Positions 36,885-43,968 of a DNA stretch of 64,000 nt are shown here, in pieces. The position numbers and the translations under genes are program-made. How positions within the stretch are numbered: the stretch's first letter is position 1; every line of letters begins with the position of its first letter. The notes under the pieces were generated by a model that made no database searches, was not told the origin of the DNA, and saw nothing but the letters and a program-made list of their open reading frames with translations. The DNA lies in NCBI GenBank assembly GCA_964523645.1, contig CAZGAW010000001.1, positions 3,305 through 67,304 of the forward strand. Reading direction: 5' to 3'. Source of the stretch: an uncultured bacterium. GTDB lineage: Bacteria; Poribacteria; WGA-4E; WGA-3G.

Positions 36885-37079
36885 CATCGCAGATTGTCGC
36901 GGATTATCGCAGATGACGCGGATTATACCTTCGCATATCCTAAATTTTCTTTTTAAAAATCGGCTTTAACTGTTGTTTATCTTGCTGTGTATTTCACTGA
37001 GCTAACGTTCTGCGTCACAGATACCGATGCGTAATGGAAGTTAGAATCCGCGTTAATCTGCGCAATCCGCGATTCAGAC
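36885..37079. repeat. MITE-like GCGGATTA repeat, copy A (degenerate left end)
   Basis: 36918-37079 is roughly 85% identical (aligned by eye) to 38688-38859. The right end reads caATCCGCGATTCAGAC. Confidence 0.55.
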
Positions 37080-37180
37080 ATTTTCCGTTTCACTGCGGCG
37101 ATGTCTTCTGGTAGTTTAACATTATATTTCTACTCAAAGTCGGCAGTGCTTTATATGCCCAGTTGAACGGATTCGTACTT

Positions 37181-37774
37181 TTAGGGTAAATGGCTCCCGC
37201 TGCCGGTCTGGGACCAGAAATCTTCGGCGATCTGTTGGTGTTTCTGATGCAGCCAAAAATGAATTCGTCTTAGAATTCGAGGCAATCCTTTTTGCGGCAA
37301 GTTTTCCGCTTCCCAACTTGCCATTTGCCTCCGTAGGGAAACATCAATTGGGTTTTCAACCGCAATATCTACTTGATGGCAGGCTTGTATTAGTTTACGG
37401 TCATCTGTTGCAAGGATGTTAGCATTATGAGTGCGCGTTGCTTGCACCAAAACTGCATCGGTGATGTCAATTTCTAAGGTGTCGGCAATCTGCATCGCAG
37501 CGAGGGTTATCGGCAAATCTACCTCAATAATTTCTATAGGTCCTGCGGAAAATTGGGAAAGTTGTTGTGAGATAAGGTTGGCATCTACAGCATAAACCTT
37601 TGTGAGAACCGCCTTTGCTTCAAGCAGTGTAAGCGTTGTCGTGAACCAATTGGCGTGGTCTCGGATAAACGACTCACACGCGGCGGATGCGGGATGGTCG
37701 TCAAGCAGGGAGTAGACAATAAGCATCGCGTCTAACCCACGCGACGCGAATTGATCAGAAGATAAGATCATCAC
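37181..37774 (-). CDS. PIN-domain ribonuclease (VapC-like toxin) with a ~60-aa C-terminal extension
   Basis: LDAMLIVYSLLDD (first acidic residue) and ITDAVLVQATRTHNANILATDDRKL (C-terminal PIN motif). It overlaps the upstream AbrB-type gene by 20 nt. At 197 aa it is longer than the usual ~130 aa. Confidence 0.75.
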   Translation of the reverse strand: MMILSSDQFASRGLDAMLIVYSLLDDHPASAACESFIRDHANWFTTTLTLLEAKAVLTKVYAVDANLISQQLSQFSAGPIEIIEVDLPITLAAMQIADTLEIDITDAVLVQATRTHNANILATDDRKLIQACHQVDIAVENPIDVSLRRQMASWEAENLPQKGLPRILRRIHFWLHQKHQQIAEDFWSQTGSGSHLP

Positions 37775-37991
37775 CGCTCACCTCGGACAAGTCCAATGCT
37801 GAAGGTTTCCCTATTTTGAGCTTCTCGGCATAAATCTCGTCCCACGTCTGGGCAATGTAGGGACGGATTAGAATGCCATCGTCTACCCTCTCGATCACGA
37901 CCCCCGATTCCAATCCTAATTCTTTTACCCAGTCGAGGGGCAATTTGATTTTATGATCAGTTTCCAATGTGAGCGTTTTCATGGTATCCAC
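37755..37991 (-). CDS. AbrB/MazE/SpoVT-family antitoxin (VapB-like)
   Basis: KIKLPLDWVKELGLESGVVIERVDDGILIRP is the swapped-hairpin SpoVT/AbrB motif. It lies immediately upstream of, and overlaps, the PIN gene. Confidence 0.75.
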   Translation of the reverse strand: MDTMKTLTLETDHKIKLPLDWVKELGLESGVVIERVDDGILIRPYIAQTWDEIYAEKLKIGKPSALDLSEVSGDDLIF

Positions 37992-38098
37992 CTCTTCCTA
38001 CAAGTAGTTGAGAAAAGTATACCATAACTTGCATTGATTATCAATTGTTTCATTGGGAAATTTCTAATGGGTAGGGTTAGGGGTTGGCGTTTTCTTAT

Positions 38099-38146
38099 TA
38101 TCTGAATCGCGGATTATCACGGATTACGCGGATGACACGGATTTTT
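38099..38146. repeat. Solo left end of the GCGGATTA repeat
   Basis: tctgaatcgcggattatcacggattacgc is identical (29/29) to 38654-38682. Confidence 0.5.
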
Positions 38147-38186
38147 GTCCTTGTGCATGTGAAGTTTACTTTCCATAAAAGAGGTT

Positions 38187-38594
38187 TCAATTGCGTATCG
38201 GGCGGTTGGGTTGTGATAGAATCAATCTTTTGTAGTTTAAACTTTTCTCACCGAAATTGATTAATAAACCGACTTCCAGTCGATATGCCTTCAAATAATT
38301 TAGGAGTTGTGCTTTGTGTACATCTTCTAATTCTGTGATAGCCTTTAATTCCACTAACACTTTGCCTGCTACTATGAAATCTGCTCTACGTGTCCCAATA
38401 CGTTTCGGAAAATCTTTATAAAAAATATCCTGCTCAATTTCACGTGCGAACTCCAAACCGACTTTTCTCATCTCAATTGCCAATGCGCGTTGATAAATTA
38501 CCTCTTGGAAACCGTTCCCGAAATACTTGTGGACTTCAAATGCTGCGCCGATGATCTTCTGGGTTATATCTTTATGTTTCAGGTTGTTGTTCAT
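38187..38594 (-). CDS. GxxExxY protein (PD-(D/E)xK-like fold family, TIGR04256-type)
   Basis: IIGAAFEVHKYFGNGFQEVIYQRALAIEM...RADFIVAGKVLVELKA...AQLLNYLKA...GLLINFG is the full hallmark pattern, including GxxExxY. Confidence 0.85.
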   Translation of the reverse strand: MNNNLKHKDITQKIIGAAFEVHKYFGNGFQEVIYQRALAIEMRKVGLEFAREIEQDIFYKDFPKRIGTRRADFIVAGKVLVELKAITELEDVHKAQLLNYLKAYRLEVGLLINFGEKSLNYKRLILSQPNRPIRN

Positions 38595-38618
38595 TTATTT
38601 CCGGTATCCTTTTATATT

Positions 38619-38859
38619 TCTGAATCGCGGATTGTCGCGGATTACCTTTTTCGTCTGAATCGCGGATTATCACGGATTACGCAGATTTCGCGGATTATAC
38701 TTTCGTACATCCCAAATTTTCTTTGAAAAATCGGCTGGAACTGTTGTTTATCTTGTTGTGTATTTCACTGGGCTAACGTTCTGCATCACAGATAACGGTG
38801 TGTAACAGAAGTTAAAATCCGTGTTAATCCGTGTCATCAGCGTAATCCGCGATTCAGAC
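38619..38859. repeat. MITE-like GCGGATTA repeat, copy B (plus an extra half-site at 38619-38646)
   Basis: Terminal inverted repeats GTCTGAATCGCGGATTAT (38653-38670) and GTAATCCGCGATTCAGAC (38842-38859) match 17/18 as reverse complements. Confidence 0.6.
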
Positions 38860-38990
38860 GTTCCCCTCCACAATCGCAATTTTCTTCTCTGTTAAGTTAT
38901 ACAATTCGGACATCAGAGTATCAATCTCATTTTCAAGTATAAGTCTCGTATTGGTTTGTGTTTTGGTGAGGGTTATATTGTATTTTCAGG
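38860..38990 (-). pseudogene. Ghost 3' end of a second Eco57I/Type IIG-like methyltransferase gene
   Basis: Translation: KYNITLTKTQTNTRLILENEIDTLMSELYNLTEKKIAIVEGNV*. The live gene tail reads AKHTDPDSDTSDLEDEIDKLVYALYNLTEDEIAIVEGRV*. Both stop inside the same GTCTGA repeat end. Confidence 0.6.
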
Positions 38991-39001
38991 GTTCTTTGTT
39001 G

Positions 39002-39178
39002 CCTGAATCACGGATTATCGCGGATTACGCAGATTTCGCGGATTATTGACTTTGGTATCATCAAGTTGTATTTTCATGTCTGCTAATATAGGGTGTTGAC
39101 GCGCCCGTAGGTTATGCCGATACGATGCTCTTAAAATCCGCGTTAATCCGTGTCATCAGCGTAATCCGCGATTCAGAC
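39002..39178. repeat. MITE-like GCGGATTA repeat, copy C (same ends, different core)
   Basis: The left end is cCTGAATCaCGGATTAT and the right end is GTAATCCGCGATTCAGAC. The stop codon of the 1196-aa gene (39173-39175) lies inside the right end. Confidence 0.55.
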
Positions 39179-42100
39179 ACGCCCCTCCACAATCGCAATC
39201 TCATCTTCCGTTAAATTATACAATGCATACACCAGTTTATCAATCTCATCTTCAAGGTCGGAGGTGTCCGAATCGGGGTCGGTGTGTTTGGCATCAAAAA
39301 TCTGCTCAACTAAGGTGATAAAAGACTGTTTTTGCGAAGCAGGAATCCTGACGACAGGCAGTTTCTCTAAAGCGTGTTTGTTATACTGATACCCTTTTGC
39401 GCCGAGAACAGTACCACCACAGTACCGTTTATAAGCAAATGTCATCAATGTGGAACTTAGCAATCCCACCAGGATTTTTAAATCGCTCCCTGTAATCATA
39501 AAACAAGTTTTATCTAAAAAAAACTCCCCGCTGTCATAGAAAAAGTTTGCAGAATGGGTTGTTTCAGGATAAACGATCTTTTTATTATCAAATTCTGAAT
39601 AGTAAGCACAAGCCCTGAGATTCCACCAATTTACACCTTGGTCGTCTCTATCAAATAGTCCTTTACCTCTTGTTCTTATTTTCCCTGATTCCATCTGTTT
39701 TCCTACGGCCTCAAGGTGATTGTAGATGGCAGGATACTTTTCTGAAATATCAAGATCATAACCAGTGGCGAGTATATAAAATCCCGATTGCTGGACATGG
39801 TAGCGTTTGACATCTCGTCCGCGCAGAAGCGGTTTGATGATTTCAGCAGATTTTGAGTCTTGCGCTATGAGTTGTTCGCGCTTTGCCTCGTCTATGATGA
39901 ATGCTTCATTACAACCTGTTACAATTCCACGATAGATTTTTATATCCCAGTCTTTAAGGGGAACACCGATGTTCTCTATTTGCCGTTTCAAGTTAAGTTC
40001 ACGGGATGAGAGTATTGCCCACGGTTCACCTATATCGGGTGTTTCCATAGTTGCGCCATGGTCAATCAGATATTGAGCAATATTGCCTGTTTGTCTGTCA
40101 AAGTCCGCACTGATAGATACACCGCTGAAGGTATCAGAAACATCAGTGACAGTATTTTGGAATAGCAGAATATTCGTGTCTACTGCCGCATCAAACACAT
40201 CCGGTCCCATATCCAGCAATTGAATCGGTTGGGTGTGTTGAATAAAATAATCTCTCAACTTTTTTCCATACCCAGCGCGCATCCATTTGTTAGAAGTAAT
40301 AAAGCAGACATGTCCATTATTTTTTGAAAGTTTATGCGCTTTTTCATAGAACAAACAGTAAATATCGCCTGTGCGAACGAAGGTATCAAAACCTTTATCT
40401 TGATAGAGTTTTCCGAGCCTCCCACCGTCCTTTTGTAGTTGAATATAAGGCGGATTGCCAATCACTACATCAAATCCTTCTGTGACTCCGAACATCCATT
40501 CCGAGTCAAACCAATCGGCAGTGGCGTTTTGGTCGTAGGGATCCCAACAGGCAATCCTTTCAGCATCAGTGTCGGACATGCCGAAGTGCTGTAGTTCGGT
40601 TGCTAATTCTGCTCGCAACTCTTCGTCCTTAAGCTTGCATGCGCGTTTGCGTTGGCGAGTGGTGGCGTGGAAATGTTGTTCGCGATTGTCGCGCAGTGCC
40701 TGTTCCAAATCTCGCGCTGTGTTGCTCGTCAACGTTCCTTGTGCCTTGAGACCTATGAGTGTGTTTGCTGCAATAAACCGCGTCTCCAAATTCGGTAACG
40801 GTTTGATACCGAAATTCGCTGTGTGCTGCGCCGGTGCCTGCTCAATTGCGAGGGATATGAAAAAGCGGAGTTTAGCGATTTGGCACGCCACGGGTTGGAT
40901 GTCTACACCGAAGATGCTGTTTTGAATCAGGTATAACTTGCGTCCGAAGTCCGAATCTCGGTAACGCTTGAAGGTCTCATCAATTTCAACGAGTTCTTCA
41001 CGGCGTGCCTCGTCATCCTGCGTATCAAAAGCGATTTCAGCGCGTTGGACCGCGCGTTCCTTCTGTAATTGTTCCCATCGGGTGTTATCTGGGTCAAGCC
41101 GCCGCAGCGCAAGCGTGAGTTTGTGGAGCATCCCCACAGGGAACGCCCCAGAACCGACAGCGGGATCCAGTATCTTCAGTTCAGAAATTGCTCGGACGAT
41201 TCCATCCGTCTCGGCATCGTCAAACCATTCATTGGCATCGTCAAAGGCTTGTGCATAGTCGAGGAGGTAGTGTAACCGCTCATCCCAGAGTTTCGCGTCG
41301 CCATCGGTTGGGTCGCATTTTTGGGACAACGTAGCGACTAACGCCTCTTCCACCATATAGTCGACAATCGCGCGTGGGGTATAGTAGGAACCCGTCTGTT
41401 TGCGTACGGTTGCACCGGTTTCTGGGTTGTAGGCGGCGAGTAGATTTTCAAACACCCTACCGAGCAGTTCAGGATCCAACGCGACTTCCTGCTCTATCGG
41501 TGTGTTCTCTTCAACGGTGAATTTGTAATGCTCAAGTAGCGGGATCAATCCTTGCTGTGCATCAAAAAAGAGGCGGTTCGGGATGGATAACTTATGGTAC
41601 TGATTATCAGAAAAGCAGTCGATTCGGTAACTCTCATTACCTGTCGCTTCCCAACTATCCAGACAATCGAACAACCCACCGTTGATGAAGGGGGTTTTGC
41701 CGAACAGTTCCAATAGTTTATCAGGATCGCCCATCTGATCTTTGTAGCGGTAGCGTGAGAAATCCCGATTTGTAGCGTAGCCGACAGTGCTAAACTTTCG
41801 CTTGTCTATCTCGGTGTTTAGTGTAGCGAAAAAGAGGTTTTGTAGGACGGCACGGTAATAGGCATCGCCGTTATCAAAGTCAGTCTCTTTGAGTAGGTTT
41901 TGGATTTGGGCTTTGTTGAACAACGCATCTGCTACCAACCCTTTTTCCTTGATAAACCAGATAAAGAGTAGGCGCGTGATGAGTCGTATCACATGCTCTT
42001 CCGGTTTTATGACACGGTTTTCGTCTGTAGGGAACGTTGCTGTCTCTACTGCCCATTCATACCACGCGAAGAGTTTCCGATAGAATTGCTTGTTGAGTGC

Positions 42101-42763
42101 TTCGGTATCGAGTTTAGCGAGCCATGCTGCGAGTAATCCGTCGAAGTTTTTCGGTTTTTTGTTGGCATCCATCCAGTTCGCGCATGCTTCCAATGAGAGT
42201 TCGGAGAGGATGTCGAGATGTGCGCGGTGCGGATTGTTGAGGCGGATGTCTTTGATGAGCGTGACCTGTCCTAACACATCACGAGTCTCGTCTGTTTTGT
42301 GTGGACGGCGATCGGTAAACCCTATCGTCAGTCGATTTCCAGCGCGGAATAAGACGACGGTGGGTGCTAAGAATCGCTTGTTGATCTCTCGTGTAAATTC
42401 AGCGTATCTGGTACGGGAGTAGGTGTTATCTTTTAGTACAACTGCACAGAACAGGAAGCTGTCGGTATTTGCCTTGTCGAAAGCGTCTGCCTCGAAAAGT
42501 TGCTGCTGGATATCGTCAGCGACTTCATCGCTTGTGAATTGGAAAATGAGTTGCACGGATTCAGCGTTGTTGCGGAATTCCTGTTCAGTTTTGGTGTTTG
42601 GAGTCACGGGTGGGAATTCTTGAAAAAAGTCGTGGACGGTGCCGGAGAGTTCAAGTATGCGTTCACTACGATAGCCTATCGTTGCTAAGAGGTCTTTCGA
42701 TTTTTCTAAGAAGTCGCCGATGGGGATTGCTGCTAAGGCGGATTTGATTGCTGCTTTGTTCAT
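39173..42763 (-). CDS. Gamma-class N6-adenine DNA methyltransferase with a TaqI/Eco57I-type C-terminal specificity domain (Type IIG/PglX-like architecture), 1196 aa
   Basis: NGGLFD (aa 361-366); TGSYYTP (motif X, aa 457-463, near nt 41375-41395); ILDPAVGSGAF (motif I, near nt 41141-41173); VIGNPPYI (motif IV, near nt 40445-40459); a TRD-like region WWNLRACAYYSEFDNKKIVY; and a tail LVYALYNLTEDEIAIVEG. The N-terminal ~250 aa are unassigned. Confidence 0.9.
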   Translation of the reverse strand: MNKAAIKSALAAIPIGDFLEKSKDLLATIGYRSERILELSGTVHDFFQEFPPVTPNTKTEQEFRNNAESVQLIFQFTSDEVADDIQQQLFEADAFDKANTDSFLFCAVVLKDNTYSRTRYAEFTREINKRFLAPTVVLFRAGNRLTIGFTDRRPHKTDETRDVLGQVTLIKDIRLNNPHRAHLDILSELSLEACANWMDANKKPKNFDGLLAAWLAKLDTEALNKQFYRKLFAWYEWAVETATFPTDENRVIKPEEHVIRLITRLLFIWFIKEKGLVADALFNKAQIQNLLKETDFDNGDAYYRAVLQNLFFATLNTEIDKRKFSTVGYATNRDFSRYRYKDQMGDPDKLLELFGKTPFINGGLFDCLDSWEATGNESYRIDCFSDNQYHKLSIPNRLFFDAQQGLIPLLEHYKFTVEENTPIEQEVALDPELLGRVFENLLAAYNPETGATVRKQTGSYYTPRAIVDYMVEEALVATLSQKCDPTDGDAKLWDERLHYLLDYAQAFDDANEWFDDAETDGIVRAISELKILDPAVGSGAFPVGMLHKLTLALRRLDPDNTRWEQLQKERAVQRAEIAFDTQDDEARREELVEIDETFKRYRDSDFGRKLYLIQNSIFGVDIQPVACQIAKLRFFISLAIEQAPAQHTANFGIKPLPNLETRFIAANTLIGLKAQGTLTSNTARDLEQALRDNREQHFHATTRQRKRACKLKDEELRAELATELQHFGMSDTDAERIACWDPYDQNATADWFDSEWMFGVTEGFDVVIGNPPYIQLQKDGGRLGKLYQDKGFDTFVRTGDIYCLFYEKAHKLSKNNGHVCFITSNKWMRAGYGKKLRDYFIQHTQPIQLLDMGPDVFDAAVDTNILLFQNTVTDVSDTFSGVSISADFDRQTGNIAQYLIDHGATMETPDIGEPWAILSSRELNLKRQIENIGVPLKDWDIKIYRGIVTGCNEAFIIDEAKREQLIAQDSKSAEIIKPLLRGRDVKRYHVQQSGFYILATGYDLDISEKYPAIYNHLEAVGKQMESGKIRTRGKGLFDRDDQGVNWWNLRACAYYSEFDNKKIVYPETTHSANFFYDSGEFFLDKTCFMITGSDLKILVGLLSSTLMTFAYKRYCGGTVLGAKGYQYNKHALEKLPVVRIPASQKQSFITLVEQIFDAKHTDPDSDTSDLEDEIDKLVYALYNLTEDEIAIVEGRV

Positions 42764-42802
42764 GTGCTATCTGATTTCTTTTCTGAAACCTACACAATCC
42801 AA

Positions 42803-43018
42803 CTATGAAAATAGATGACTCATAAGATGTCGGAGTTGATGCAAAAACCTATTAATAGGTTTGTGTGAATTATCGGAAACCTCATCAGTATCTTTTACTT
42901 CATCCGGTAATTCTGAACGTAAGGCTTCCCACCGCTCTTGTGCGAGCGTCGAGACTTCTTCCGATATTCCGCGTTCCTTAAGATAATCTTCAAAGTTACT
43001 ACTGCGATGCTTATTCAT
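42803..43018 (-). CDS. Small hypothetical protein (71 aa) between the HigA gene and the methyltransferase gene
   Basis: MNKHRSSNFEDYLKERGISEEVSTLAQERWEALRSEL resembles the short N-terminal helices of some antitoxin or controller-like proteins. I cannot name a family. Confidence 0.4.
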   Translation of the reverse strand: MNKHRSSNFEDYLKERGISEEVSTLAQERWEALRSELPDEVKDTDEVSDNSHKPINRFLHQLRHLMSHLFS

Positions 43019-43029
43019 GCTGTTCGTAA

Positions 43030-43443
43030 TTATCGTTCCTCTGTTGAAACGTGGTGTTCATCAAGTTTCGGATTGGAGGTTGCTAACTCTGGTGAGGCTA
43101 CTGGAGAATCTTCAGTAGTATCTTCAAGATGTAGATTTGTAGTTGACAATGGGGCAGATAGTTGGCATCCAAGCGCGTTAAGAACCGTCCTAAGCGTGTC
43201 AACCTTTGGTGTTTTCGTACTATCTAACACTTCCGATAGGAGGTGTGGTTCAGTGTCTATTTTCTTGGCGAGTTCAGAAATTCCGTCCTGTGCTTCAACG
43301 ACATACTGAAGGGCCAACTGAACTGTCGCGATATTCCCATGGATATGATATTCTTCTATAACGGCATCAAGAAAACCACTTACATCACCCTGTTCTTTAA
43401 GTTGTTCTACAAGGAATGCGTCCCATGTTCCATAAATTTTCAT
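43030..43443 (-). CDS. higA: HigA-family addiction-module antidote protein (HTH)
   Basis: The pattern FLDAVIEEYHIHGNIATVQLALQYVVEAQ.GISELAKK....PHLLSEVL....TPKVDTLRTVLNALG matches TIGR02684-type antidotes. It overlaps the toxin gene by 4 nt. Confidence 0.8.
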   Translation of the reverse strand: MKIYGTWDAFLVEQLKEQGDVSGFLDAVIEEYHIHGNIATVQLALQYVVEAQDGISELAKKIDTEPHLLSEVLDSTKTPKVDTLRTVLNALGCQLSAPLSTTNLHLEDTTEDSPVASPELATSNPKLDEHHVSTEER

Positions 43444-43781
43444 TGTTTATGCCTCTCTTTGTATTCTTTCCAATAATTTTTTGCGCGCTCAATATCCCGT
43501 CTCTGCGAGGACTTATCGCCCCCACAGAGGAGCAGAACAATTGCGTTATCTACTTCACCATAATAGATACGATAGCCTGGTCCGAAGTCAAGTCGTAGTT
43601 CCCGAACCCCACCACCTACAGATCTATGGTCGCCAAGATTGCCAGTTCTAACAGATGTTAAACGTGCTTGAATCCGTCGTCGTATGCTTGGGTCCCGAAT
43701 TGAAAGGAACCATCTTGTAAAAGGTTCGTGACCGTTTGGAATCTGGTAAAAATTTATTGTCCGCGGATGTGCATTACGCAT
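43440..43781 (-). CDS. higB: RelE/ParE-superfamily toxin (HigB-like addiction-module killer protein)
   Basis: EPFTRWFLSIRDPSIRRRIQARL.....GNLGDHRSVGGGVRELRLDFGPGYRIYYGEVDNAIVLLLCGGDKSSQ..DI..A matches the TIGR02683 pattern. Confidence 0.8.
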   Translation of the reverse strand: MRNAHPRTINFYQIPNGHEPFTRWFLSIRDPSIRRRIQARLTSVRTGNLGDHRSVGGGVRELRLDFGPGYRIYYGEVDNAIVLLLCGGDKSSQRRDIERAKNYWKEYKERHKQ

Positions 43782-43968
43782 TGATGATCTTTCGTCTACC
43801 TATAATCGATAAGCGGCTACTCAAAATTGAAATATGGTAGATTTTACAATTACTTAGACTCCGTAAAGAGACGAGGTTACCAGAGGAAACACCCAAGCAA
43901 AAACACTTCGCCAGCGGCAGTGGAGCGCGCTAATGTTTAAATATAATATCATGCCCCAATATAAAAAG

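Noticed and set aside
36885-39178. Possible CRISPR array, because a short GCGGATTA-containing motif recurs many times
   Set aside because: The repeats occur in both orientations, are irregularly spaced (30 bp to 1 kb), and are part of larger ~200-bp units. The 'spacers' contain complete genes. No cas genes are present.
36750-39180. Classical integron or attC cassette array
   Set aside because: No intI-type tyrosine recombinase, Pc or attI is visible in the island. The repeat ends do not show canonical GTTRRRY/RYYYAAC core sites. The layout is only superficially cassette-like, so I kept it as an alternative within the MITE finding and not as a call.
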